From the NCBI GenBank assembly GCA_041398225.1, contig JAWKVD010000016.1:11177-75176 (forward strand): 64,000 nucleotides of DNA. The letters run 5' to 3'. The translations under genes were made by a program, and so were the position numbers. Below are positions 25,132 to 33,576 of the stretch, one piece after another. Source of the stretch: Hyphomonadaceae bacterium (lineage in GTDB: Bacteria > Pseudomonadota > Alphaproteobacteria > Caulobacterales > Hyphomonadaceae). Within the stretch, counting starts at the first letter, position 1; the number at the start of each line of letters is the position of its first letter. The notes beneath the pieces were generated by a model. It was not told where the DNA came from, searched no databases, and saw only the letters and a list, made by a program, of their open reading frames with translations.

Positions 25132-26636
25132 GCCGAATAGGCGCCGGCAAACTGCTTGCGCAATTCCGCCTTCTGCACCTTGCCCATGGTGTTGCGCGGA
25201 AGTGCGTCCAGCCAGATGAAGCGGCGCGGATGCTTGAACCGCGCCAGCGACCCCTCGAGCGCCTGCTTCATCTGTTCGTCGGGAACGGGAGCGCCGGTCG
25301 CAACGAGAACGGCGACAACGCCCTCGCCCATTTCCGGATGCGGGGCGCCGATGACCGCCGTCTCAAGCACGCCGGGGATGGCATCCAGCACCAATTCGAT
25401 CTCCTTGGGGTAGATGTTGTACCCGCCGGAAATGATCAGGTCCTTGGCGCGTCCGACGATCGATACGCGACCGGTTTCGTCCATCACCGCATTGTCGCCG
25501 GTGATGAAATAGCCATCGGCGCGGAATTCCTCCGCGGTCTTCTCCGGCATGCGCCAATAGCCTTGAAACAGACTGGGTCCCTTGATCTCGATGACGCCGG
25601 TCTCGCCGCGCGGCAACTCCTTGCCGGTATCGTCGGCAACGCGAATATCATAGCCCGGTACGGCGAAGCCGACCGTGCCGGCGATGCGGTCGCCATCGAG
25701 TGGGTTGGACGTGATCATCCCGGCTTCGGACATGCCGTACCGCTCCAGAACCCGGTGGCCGGATTTCTCGGTCCAATCGTCGGACGCCTTGGCGGTCAAA
25801 GGCGCGGAGCCTGAAATGAACAGGCGCATGTTCCGGCAGTCGTCCGCGCCAAAACCATCAAGCGCGCCCAGTCGCGAGTAGAAGGTCGGCACGCCCATCA
25901 ACAGTGTCGCCTTCGGAAGCTGCGAGCGGATCAGTTCGGCGTCGAACGCCGGAAGGAAGATCATCGGCGTGGCGTTCAGCATGGACGTGTGGAGCGCAAC
26001 AAACAGTCCGTGCACGTGAAAGATCGGAAGGGCATGGATCAGAACGTCGTCGGAGTTGAACCCCCACAGCTTGTGCAGCACCTCCGCGTTGTCGATCAGG
26101 TTTGCGTGCGACAGCATCGCCCCCTTGGACCGCCCGGTCGTCCCGGAGGTGTAGACGATCGCCGCGAGATCGTCGGGCTCACGCTCGACAACATCCCTGG
26201 CGGGCGCAGCAGCGAGAGCCTTCGCCCACAGGCCGGTGGCTGCGTCTGTTCCCGGCGCCTCTACCGTGGGCACGCCGAGGTCCGTTGCGATTGCCGAGAC
26301 TTCGTCGACATTGGAAGGACGGCAGACTACGACCCTCGGATCGGCGTTCTCGATAAAGTAGCGCACCTCACTGGTGGTGTAGCCTGTGTTCAACGGAACG
26401 TAGACGCCCCCTGCCCGCAATACACCAAGATAGAGAGCAACGTTTCCGAACGACTTGTCGACCTGAACGACTACACGCTCGCCCGGCTGCAACCCTGCGC
26501 CCAGGAGAACCGCTGCGAAGCGGGCAGAAAGATCATCCATCTCGGAATAGGTCAGAGAGGGACCTTGCGGACTCACGAGGCAGGGCCGATCGAGCGCCTC
26601 TGACCAGGCGTCCTGAAATCGTTCAATGATGTTCAC
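25128..26636 (-). CDS. matB: Malonyl-CoA synthetase (malonate--CoA ligase)
   Basis: Strong resemblance along its whole length to recalled Rhizobium MatB: DDLAAIVYTSGTTGRSKGAMLSHANL, IHALPIFHVHGLFVA, LMGVPTFYSRL, RLFISGSAPL, ERYGMSE, IAGTVGF, IEIKGPSLFQGYWRMPEKTAEEF, ISGGYNIYPKEIE, LPRNTMGKVQK. Confidence 0.85.
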   Translation of the reverse strand: MNIIERFQDAWSEALDRPCLVSPQGPSLTYSEMDDLSARFAAVLLGAGLQPGERVVVQVDKSFGNVALYLGVLRAGGVYVPLNTGYTTSEVRYFIENADPRVVVCRPSNVDEVSAIATDLGVPTVEAPGTDAATGLWAKALAAAPARDVVEREPDDLAAIVYTSGTTGRSKGAMLSHANLIDNAEVLHKLWGFNSDDVLIHALPIFHVHGLFVALHTSMLNATPMIFLPAFDAELIRSQLPKATLLMGVPTFYSRLGALDGFGADDCRNMRLFISGSAPLTAKASDDWTEKSGHRVLERYGMSEAGMITSNPLDGDRIAGTVGFAVPGYDIRVADDTGKELPRGETGVIEIKGPSLFQGYWRMPEKTAEEFRADGYFITGDNAVMDETGRVSIVGRAKDLIISGGYNIYPKEIELVLDAIPGVLETAVIGAPHPEMGEGVVAVLVATGAPVPDEQMKQALEGSLARFKHPRRFIWLDALPRNTMGKVQKAELRKQFAGAYSA

Positions 26637-26667
26637 GTGTGCGGCCCTTCCGCTCTGGAAATTGGCA

Positions 26668-27441
26668 TCAGCCGCCGAGAATGGCGCGCGTGATGATGAA
26701 GAGAAGCGACGGCGCGAGCAGACAGCCCAGGCCGGTATAAAATGTAGCGGTCATCGCGCCATAGGGCACGAGCTTGGGATCGGTCGCCGCCAGACCGCCG
26801 GCGACGCCGCTGGTGGTTCCCATCAACCCGCCATAGACGAGCGCCGCTTCGGGTGTGGTCAGACCGATGAATCGCGCCACATACGGCGTTCCGATCATCA
26901 CCATCACCGACTTTACAAGGCCGGCGGCAATTGACAGCGCAATCACTTCGGATGATGCGCCCAGCGCGGCGCCCGTGACGGGACCGACGATGTAGGTCGC
27001 CGCTCCGGCGCCGATCGTGCTCACGCTGACCGCATCGTGATAGCCGAAGGCGACTGCCGCTAGCGCGCCCACAAGGAACGACAGCACGACACCGACTACC
27101 AGCGAGACCACGCCCGCCAACCCAGCCGCCTTCATGTGCGCTGGGTCCGCGCCGAATGCTGTCGCGACGATGGCGAAATCCCGCAGCATGCCCCCGCCCA
27201 AGAGCGCCACGCCCGCCAGCATGGGCCAGTCCGCCACGCCATTCGAGCCGCCTGTCATCTCGCCCGCGACATAAGCGAGCGCGAGGCCGATGGTGATCGC
27301 CACCGCCGAGCCATGCAGGCGCCCGCCGGTCAGCCGGTTGGTGAGTGTGTAGGATCCCCACATGATCACGGCGACGAACACGAACCCGGCGATCAGTCCA
27401 TATTTCTCCAACGTCTCCACGACGGCGCCGACCAGGCTCAT
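26668..27441 (-). CDS. madM: Malonate transporter subunit MadM
   Basis: HGSAVAITIGLALAYVAGEMTGG..., LRDFAIVATAF, IGAGAATYIVGPVTGAALGASSEVIALSIAAGLVKSV, LVPYGAMTATFYTGLGCLL match recalled MadM. The start overlaps the madL stop by 4 nt. Confidence 0.85.
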   Translation of the reverse strand: MSLVGAVVETLEKYGLIAGFVFVAVIMWGSYTLTNRLTGGRLHGSAVAITIGLALAYVAGEMTGGSNGVADWPMLAGVALLGGGMLRDFAIVATAFGADPAHMKAAGLAGVVSLVVGVVLSFLVGALAAVAFGYHDAVSVSTIGAGAATYIVGPVTGAALGASSEVIALSIAAGLVKSVMVMIGTPYVARFIGLTTPEAALVYGGLMGTTSGVAGGLAATDPKLVPYGAMTATFYTGLGCLLAPSLLFIITRAILGG

Positions 27442-27797
27442 TTGCGTAGCGCCAGCCTAGACAGCACAGGCACCAGCGCGAAGCTGGCCAACACGGCACC
27501 CGCACCTGCGATCAACGCGAGCCATCCTCCGGAAATCGCAGCGGCGACATTCTGCTTCGCGGCCATCGCAACCACGATCGGGATATACATTGCGCTCCAG
27601 AACGCGATGCCTTCGCTGGTCGGTCCGGCAAAGGGCATGCGCACCTTCTTCCAGCTGGATACTGCCAGAAGGATGATCATCGCGATTCCCACCCCGCCGA
27701 CATTTGCTTCAACGCCAACCAGCATTCCGAGCAGGTCGCCAAGCACCATGCCCGCGAGCATGCAGGCCGCCAGCAACGCCACGCCATAGATGACCAT
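27438..27797 (-). CDS. madL: Malonate transporter subunit MadL
   Basis: MVIYGVALLAACMLAGMVLGDLLGMLVGVEANVGGVGIAMIILL...AFWSAMYIPIVVAMAAKQNV matches recalled MadL. Confidence 0.8.
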   Translation of the reverse strand: MVIYGVALLAACMLAGMVLGDLLGMLVGVEANVGGVGIAMIILLAVSSWKKVRMPFAGPTSEGIAFWSAMYIPIVVAMAAKQNVAAAISGGWLALIAGAGAVLASFALVPVLSRLALRK

Positions 27798-27920
27798 GAA
27801 CTTCCTCCCGCCCCCGAGTGTCTTGTGCGCCCTCTTGAACCGCGACCCTAGCGCACCGCACGCAGCGCCGACAGTTGCGTCTCCTGCATGTCTTCGACAG
27901 CGCGAACGCGCCGTCCATGG

Positions 27921-29075
27921 CTATGCTTCGTAGAATGGCGTCGCGGGGAGGTCCGAGGGACGCACGCCGCGGTCCCAGGCTGCCCGGCCGACCAGAAACA
28001 GTTCTTCGGGATCGTCCGTGACCTTCAGCCCCGAGGCTGCGAATGCGGCGCGCATGGCGGCGCGATCCTTGGCGGTCAGTACGGGCACAGCATGCTCTGC
28101 CCCCGGAGGCGCGGGAACCAGCCCGCCATTCCCACCCGACAGCCACGCGTAGTACCGGTTGTGCTGATAGGGATGAACGCCCGCCGCGATCGCCGCCGCC
28201 TGAACCTCATAGAACTGCTCGATGACGGGCTGCATCCGCGTGGCGAGTTTGTCGGCTTGCGCGAAGTCTCCTGCAGCGCATGCCGCCAGAAGGGCGTTGC
28301 CGACCTGATCTTCCGCCGTCTGCACGCCCTCTGCATTCCACTGCCCGCTCCACTGGATGTGATGATGACGCGCCAGAAGCGGAACGAAATCGAGATTGAC
28401 GGGCCCCATGAACACGCGATCCCCCACCGTTTCGCAAAGCTGCTGCGTCGAGGTGAGTGAAACCGGATGCGACACCTTCATGGCAGTCACATTCGGCAGA
28501 TCGGCAAGGCGGTCGAAGACGTCCAGCGGCTGCCCCGACGGGCCCAGATGCATGAAACGACGGCCGGTGGACAAGGCCGCATAGAGCATGATCGGAAGCT
28601 CCGTCGACCGGATGCGCCGCTCCATCTGGTCGCCTAGATCCGCCGCCGAAATGTCCGCAGGATGCCGGGACGCAAGCAGGATCATCTCCACGCCGAGGGC
28701 TTCCAGCCGCTGGATCAGAGCGATGTCTGCGTCCGCGCCGCTAACGACAATCCCGTGGACCGACTGCTTCCCCTTCGCCTCGTCAATGACAATGCGATAA
28801 TATTCTTCCCAGCGCGGATCGCTTGGCACGGTCCAGTTGATCATCGGCATCACGCCGGAAAAACCCTGCGCGATGCCATTGCGCACATCGTTGCGGATGC
28901 CTTCCTCGTCCAGCGTCTCGAAGTCCGACTTGAACGTTGGGAATATCAGGTGCGCCAGGCCGACGAGCTTGTCAGCTGTCCATTTGCGCTGCTGCGTGGA
29001 CGTGTCGACCGTTGGGCGTTGTGCTGCCGTCGCGGGCGTTTCCGCGCGCGCGGGTGCTTCAGTCATCAGTGTCAT
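27921..29075 (-). CDS. Dihydrodipicolinate-synthase/aldolase-family (DapA-like TIM barrel) protein with a long N-terminal extension
   Basis: General DHDPS-family pattern: ...LDEEGIRNDVRNGIAQGFSGVM..., and a candidate Schiff-base Lys in NVTAMKVSHP. The assignment is weak. Confidence 0.45.
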   Translation of the reverse strand: MTLMTEAPARAETPATAAQRPTVDTSTQQRKWTADKLVGLAHLIFPTFKSDFETLDEEGIRNDVRNGIAQGFSGVMPMINWTVPSDPRWEEYYRIVIDEAKGKQSVHGIVVSGADADIALIQRLEALGVEMILLASRHPADISAADLGDQMERRIRSTELPIMLYAALSTGRRFMHLGPSGQPLDVFDRLADLPNVTAMKVSHPVSLTSTQQLCETVGDRVFMGPVNLDFVPLLARHHHIQWSGQWNAEGVQTAEDQVGNALLAACAAGDFAQADKLATRMQPVIEQFYEVQAAAIAAGVHPYQHNRYYAWLSGGNGGLVPAPPGAEHAVPVLTAKDRAAMRAAFAASGLKVTDDPEELFLVGRAAWDRGVRPSDLPATPFYEA

Positions 29076-29192
29076 GCCGGCCCTATGCTGACAGCTTTCA
29101 TCACTTCGCGGCGGTTCATTCGGATATTCCCTCCTGGTAGTGTCTCACGCAAGGCGGCAGTGACCTCGGCGGCCGCATGCCAACGCAAACTT

Positions 29193-30752
29193 TCAGCTGG
29201 CGATCATCGGAATGATGTCCGCTGCGCGGTCCAGCTTTTCCATCTCCATGACCGTGTCGATCACATCCTGCGCCCGCGTGCGCCCGAGGACCGGCCCCAT
29301 CAGCTCCATGGCCTTGGCCACCACATCCTCACGCGTCATCGGGTGAGATGGAAATCCGCGAACGAACGGAACGAACAACTTGCTCGTGCCAGTCTGGCTA
29401 TCGACCAGCGTCACCCGAGCGGGCTCCGTTCGCGTCTCCCCTTCGGCCACTTCCAGATCCGGCGCGTGGACGACGTCCATCTTCTTCATCAACTCGTGGA
29501 CCGCGCTATCCGCGTTGAAGCGCTCACGATCCTGCGCCGCAACCAGGTCGAGACGCCCATCAATCAGGATGATCGAAGCCAGATAGCGAAGGTTCAGTGC
29601 AGGCATTTCTGCATTGCGAAACGCCTCCCATCGGCCCGGCATCTCCATTACGATGCTCTCCACCGTTTGCGGGGACGTCTTTGGCAACAGCTCCAACACG
29701 GCCTGAACCGCCGGTTGGGTCGGACCGCCAACCGGATATCGCTTGTACGCGGTATGGGGCAACTCGGAGCGGGTCCGAAGGTCCTCGATCAGATAGTAGG
29801 GATCGTGATCCGCACCCTCGCGGAAGATCTTGTGGTTCATGTAGCCTTCGGGATTGTCGAAGCAATCGGCAACGCCGGTGTACCCGGTCTCGACCAGCAG
29901 AGCCGACTCAACGCCGTTGCGCGCGCCGACGCCTGCGAAAACGAAGGTCTTTTCGATGTGGTCTTCGTCCAACAGCCACTGCCATGACCCTGAGGCCTGC
30001 TGGCAGGCATAGGACATGACGTATTTGATCTGTTCCTCGGACAGTCCCAGCATGGACGCCGAGGTCGCCGCGGCGCCGAAGCAGGGGCCCATTCCGTGAT
30101 TGGCGAGTCCCGCGGCGTAGAGCGTGCGTACGCCGAGCGCCTTGGGTACGCGTCCGCACATTTCATAGCCCGCCACGCAGGCGCGCAGCACATCGCTTCC
30201 TGATCCGCCGCGATTTTCCGCCAGCGCGAAAGCAGCGGCGACCACCGCCGGTCCCGGCTGCACGAACGCCGAAGGGATGAAGTCATTGATTTCCGATCCA
30301 TGCACGATCATCGCCGAACCATAGACTGCGTCCACCAGACCAACTCGTTCGCTCGTCGCCAGCATGGTCGCGCCGTTCTCTGCTCCCGCGGACTTCGACA
30401 GAGCATACTTCCGACCGAGCACGGCCGGCTCCAGGTCCTTGCACGACACCGCTGCGGCAAGCGTGTCGAGGATATGCCGCTTGCCCAATTCCAGGAATTC
30501 GGGATCAACCGCAGCGGTGCGGATATTGGCGATGTACGCGCTGATGGTCGGTGTGAGCAGGCGCCCGTCGCCACGCGCTGTGGCTTGCGCCTGTTCGGCT
30601 GGTTCATTCGACGGCGCCGATGTCCCTGTGGCCGTTTGGGCGTTCGACGCCGTTGCGCATCCGCCCAGAACAGCGCTCACACCGATCAGGCCGGCTCCCA
30701 GCGCCTCCCGACGGCTGGGAGCGTTTCCTGTCTGCGGATAAGCCTTCCCCAT
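29193..30752 (-). CDS. MmgE/PrpD-family protein with twin-arginine signal and lipobox
   Basis: Internal ATG (MGKAYPQTGNAPSRREALGAGLIGVSAVLGGCATA) is preceded by GGGAGAAG. ISAYIANIRTAAVDPEFLELGKRHILDTLAAAVS is the typical MmgE/PrpD N-terminal pattern. Confidence 0.65.
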   Translation of the reverse strand: MGKAYPQTGNAPSRREALGAGLIGVSAVLGGCATASNAQTATGTSAPSNEPAEQAQATARGDGRLLTPTISAYIANIRTAAVDPEFLELGKRHILDTLAAAVSCKDLEPAVLGRKYALSKSAGAENGATMLATSERVGLVDAVYGSAMIVHGSEINDFIPSAFVQPGPAVVAAAFALAENRGGSGSDVLRACVAGYEMCGRVPKALGVRTLYAAGLANHGMGPCFGAAATSASMLGLSEEQIKYVMSYACQQASGSWQWLLDEDHIEKTFVFAGVGARNGVESALLVETGYTGVADCFDNPEGYMNHKIFREGADHDPYYLIEDLRTRSELPHTAYKRYPVGGPTQPAVQAVLELLPKTSPQTVESIVMEMPGRWEAFRNAEMPALNLRYLASIILIDGRLDLVAAQDRERFNADSAVHELMKKMDVVHAPDLEVAEGETRTEPARVTLVDSQTGTSKLFVPFVRGFPSHPMTREDVVAKAMELMGPVLGRTRAQDVIDTVMEMEKLDRAADIIPMIAS

Positions 30753-30965
30753 GCTCTTCTTCTCCCGTTCGATGGCGCCTTTTCTCGGCACCTGTCCACC
30801 ATCTTCTGGGTTTCAGTATGTGAAACACATTTCCAGAATTTGCCAGCCGTTCGGACCGCAATTCTCTTTACATCGCACCTGCATCCAGCCAAAAACCTCG
30901 TCACAACGACGAAAGACGGGCCAAGAAGACTGCAGCTGCAGGGCCTGACGGGAAGGAGCAATCCA

Positions 30966-32408
30966 ATGAGACGCACGTGGTTGGCGACTGCACTCACGAC
31001 GCTGACGATATCGTCGGCGCCTCTCGCTACAGCTCAGGAGGTTCGCTCAGCGTCGGGCCCCGCTCCCGCCAGCGCGTCGAGGTCCGAAGTGGAGATGTCG
31101 CGGCACGCGGCAGCCCAGGCGGCGGGGTATCAGGCACTGCACCTGTGTACCGGAATCTTCACCTCAGAAATGTCCGAAGATGTCGTCCGCCAAACCTTCC
31201 AGCGCGGCGACATTTCCAGCGACCGCTTCCGCGAAAATATCGATCGCGACGCCAAGTCGGTCTCGGTCACCTATCTCGATGACATGCCTCCGCGGATTGC
31301 CGTCTACCGTCCGTATCTTGGCTGCACCCAGCTTCCAATTGGCGCGAGCATGGACGCCGCCGCCGGTCTGCGGCGCCTGACCGGCGACCTCTCGGCGCCG
31401 GGCTTCGACCAGAGCGACTGGCCGATGGGTGACAAGAACGCGATCAGGCGACTCCCCCGCTCTGAGCGCAATGCCCTCGAAGCGGTCATGGACGAGGCAT
31501 TCCGCGACCAGGAAGGCGCCTACACCGGCAACACATGGGGCATCGTGGTCATCAAGGACGGCAAGATCGTCTCTGAACGCTACGTTGAAGGTTTCGGGCC
31601 GCACATCTCCGCACGCACCAATTCCATGTGCAAGAGTCTGGGCATCAGCCTGGTCGGGATAGGCGTGCAGAAGGGCCTTGTCGACATCCACGGCAAGGCG
31701 CCGCTGGAGGCGTGGCGGACTCCCGGCGACCCGCGGGGCGAGATCACGTTGAACGACATGCTGCACATGGCCAGCGGCATGTACACGCAGGGCTCAGGCA
31801 ACCCACAGGGCGACATCTACGGATCGGGCGCGCCGCCCTCGGAGATTTCCGCGCTCAACATGATGGACGCCAAACCTGGCGAACGCTTCGTCTACGCAGG
31901 CTCGGATACCATCCTGTCGGTCCGCGCCGTTCGCGAAGCTCTCGATGACGACGAGGCATTCATCTCCTTCCCCCATCGCGAGCTGATGTGGAAGATCGGA
32001 ATGACCCGCACTGTTGTCGAAACCGATTGGCGCAATGACTTCCTCGCATCCGGCCAGTGCTGGTCCACCGCCCGCGATTTTGGACGCTTCGGTCTGCTCT
32101 ATCTCAATGACGGCATGTGGAATGGTGAGCGGATCCTTCCCGCCGGATGGGCGGACTATGTCTCCGAACTCGCGCCTGCCCAACCAGGCTCATATCTAGC
32201 GGGAACAGGCGCGGGATATGGCGCGCAGTTCTGGGTTTACGATGGCCGCGAGGGTCTGCCGAAGGCCTACTCGGCAGCCGGCGCGCTCGGCCAGTACGCC
32301 ATGATCGTACCCTCGGAAAATCTTGTGGTGGTGCGGCGCGGCCTTGATCGCGGCCAAGGCTTCAACATCGCGAAATTCACGGCCGACGTCATCAAGGCGC
32401 TGGAGTAG
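30966..32408 (+). CDS. Beta-lactamase-fold serine hydrolase (secreted)
   Basis: Internal ATG (MRRTWLATALTTLTISSAPLATAQE, a Sec signal) of track ORF 30300..32408. The upstream 222 codons are antisense to the PrpD-like gene. S-x-x-K motif in NSMCKSLG. Confidence 0.65.
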   Translation: MRRTWLATALTTLTISSAPLATAQEVRSASGPAPASASRSEVEMSRHAAAQAAGYQALHLCTGIFTSEMSEDVVRQTFQRGDISSDRFRENIDRDAKSVSVTYLDDMPPRIAVYRPYLGCTQLPIGASMDAAAGLRRLTGDLSAPGFDQSDWPMGDKNAIRRLPRSERNALEAVMDEAFRDQEGAYTGNTWGIVVIKDGKIVSERYVEGFGPHISARTNSMCKSLGISLVGIGVQKGLVDIHGKAPLEAWRTPGDPRGEITLNDMLHMASGMYTQGSGNPQGDIYGSGAPPSEISALNMMDAKPGERFVYAGSDTILSVRAVREALDDDEAFISFPHRELMWKIGMTRTVVETDWRNDFLASGQCWSTARDFGRFGLLYLNDGMWNGERILPAGWADYVSELAPAQPGSYLAGTGAGYGAQFWVYDGREGLPKAYSAAGALGQYAMIVPSENLVVVRRGLDRGQGFNIAKFTADVIKALE

Positions 32409-32412
32409 ATCC

Positions 32413-33576
32413 ATGGCGATGCCCATCCCCACACGACGCAGTGTGCTGCTCGGCGGAACGGCCCTGCTGGCCGCTTGTTCGGGCCAGACGGACAACCCGC
32501 CTGAGGTGTCTCAGGCTCCTGCTCAGGGGCCCGGAAAGGGCCCCTGGCACCAATCCAACCCAGAAGATCTCGGACTGTCCGCAGATGCGCTCAACGCTGC
32601 CGCCGACAAGCTCGCCGAAGCCGGCGAGCGCCAGGGCATCGTCGTCGTCCGCAACGGCCTGCTCGCCTTTGAAAAATACTGGGAGACGCCCTACGCACGC
32701 GCAACGCCGGATTGGCAGAATGTCTCCTTCTCCTCCGGCAAGTCCTGGGGCTCCACTATGGTCGGCGTGGCCCAGTACAAGGGACACCTCGATATCAACG
32801 ATCTCGCTTCGAAGTATCACCCTTCAGAAGTCTCGGGGCTGAAGCCGGACACCACCATCAAGCATCTCCTCACCATGAGTTCCGGTGGAACCATGAACAT
32901 GAAGCCGAGCTCGGTGCCGCCCAGACGGCTGGATGACGACGCACCGCCCGGGCCGGGCGCTGAGTACGAATGGTACGAAGAAGCCGAGGACGGTACGCCC
33001 GAAGGATATGGGCGGACAATCGAACCGGGCGCACAATTCTTCTATGATGGAGCCCCGGCCGACCACCTCGCAGACATAGTCTCGAACGCCGTGGGAAAAT
33101 CCAGCCATCGCTTCATGCTGGAGGAGGTCGCTGCGCCGTTGGGATGCGAGAATTTCAGCTACCAGCCTGAGGGCGTGGATCACAACGACAATGTGCGGAT
33201 CGGCGGATCGATCCTGCTGTCTTGCCGCGACATGGCCCGTCTCGGACAGCTCTACCTCAACAAGGGCCAGTGGGGCGGTGTCCCCATTCTCGACGCCGAC
33301 TACATCGAAGCGGCAACCAGCCCATCAGAACTCAACTCGGCCTATGGCTATCTCTGGTGGCTGAACGGAACCGGTCGCGTCGAGAAGGCGCCCCGCTCGA
33401 TGTATTTTGCGGCCGGCGCGCTTGGCCAGTTCTGCTTTGTCCTGCCTGAACAGGACATGGTGATCGCAACCATGGCTTCGGCCGCCCTGGCCTGTCCGCA
33501 GACGCGGCCTGGGACGCCCTCGCCCCGGCCCTTCCCGCTGACGCCAGCCCGCGTGAAGCTCCCAGGAGACCTCGTG
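32413..33576 (+). CDS. Second beta-lactamase-fold serine hydrolase (Tat/lipoprotein signal) with no in-frame stop of its own; it reads into the next gene
   Basis: ATG 32413 lies 5 nt after the upstream stop. MAMPIPTRRSVLLGGTALLAACSGQ; S-x-x-K in FSSGKSWG. Paralogous to the previous gene up to ...GALGQFCFVLPEQDMVIATM, after which the sequence is low-complexity until the esterase signal peptide. Confidence 0.55.

Noticed and set aside
30300-30965. N-terminal 222 codons of track ORF 30300..32408.
   Set aside because: This part is antisense to the MmgE/PrpD-like gene and compositionally junk. A proper signal peptide begins at ATG 30966.
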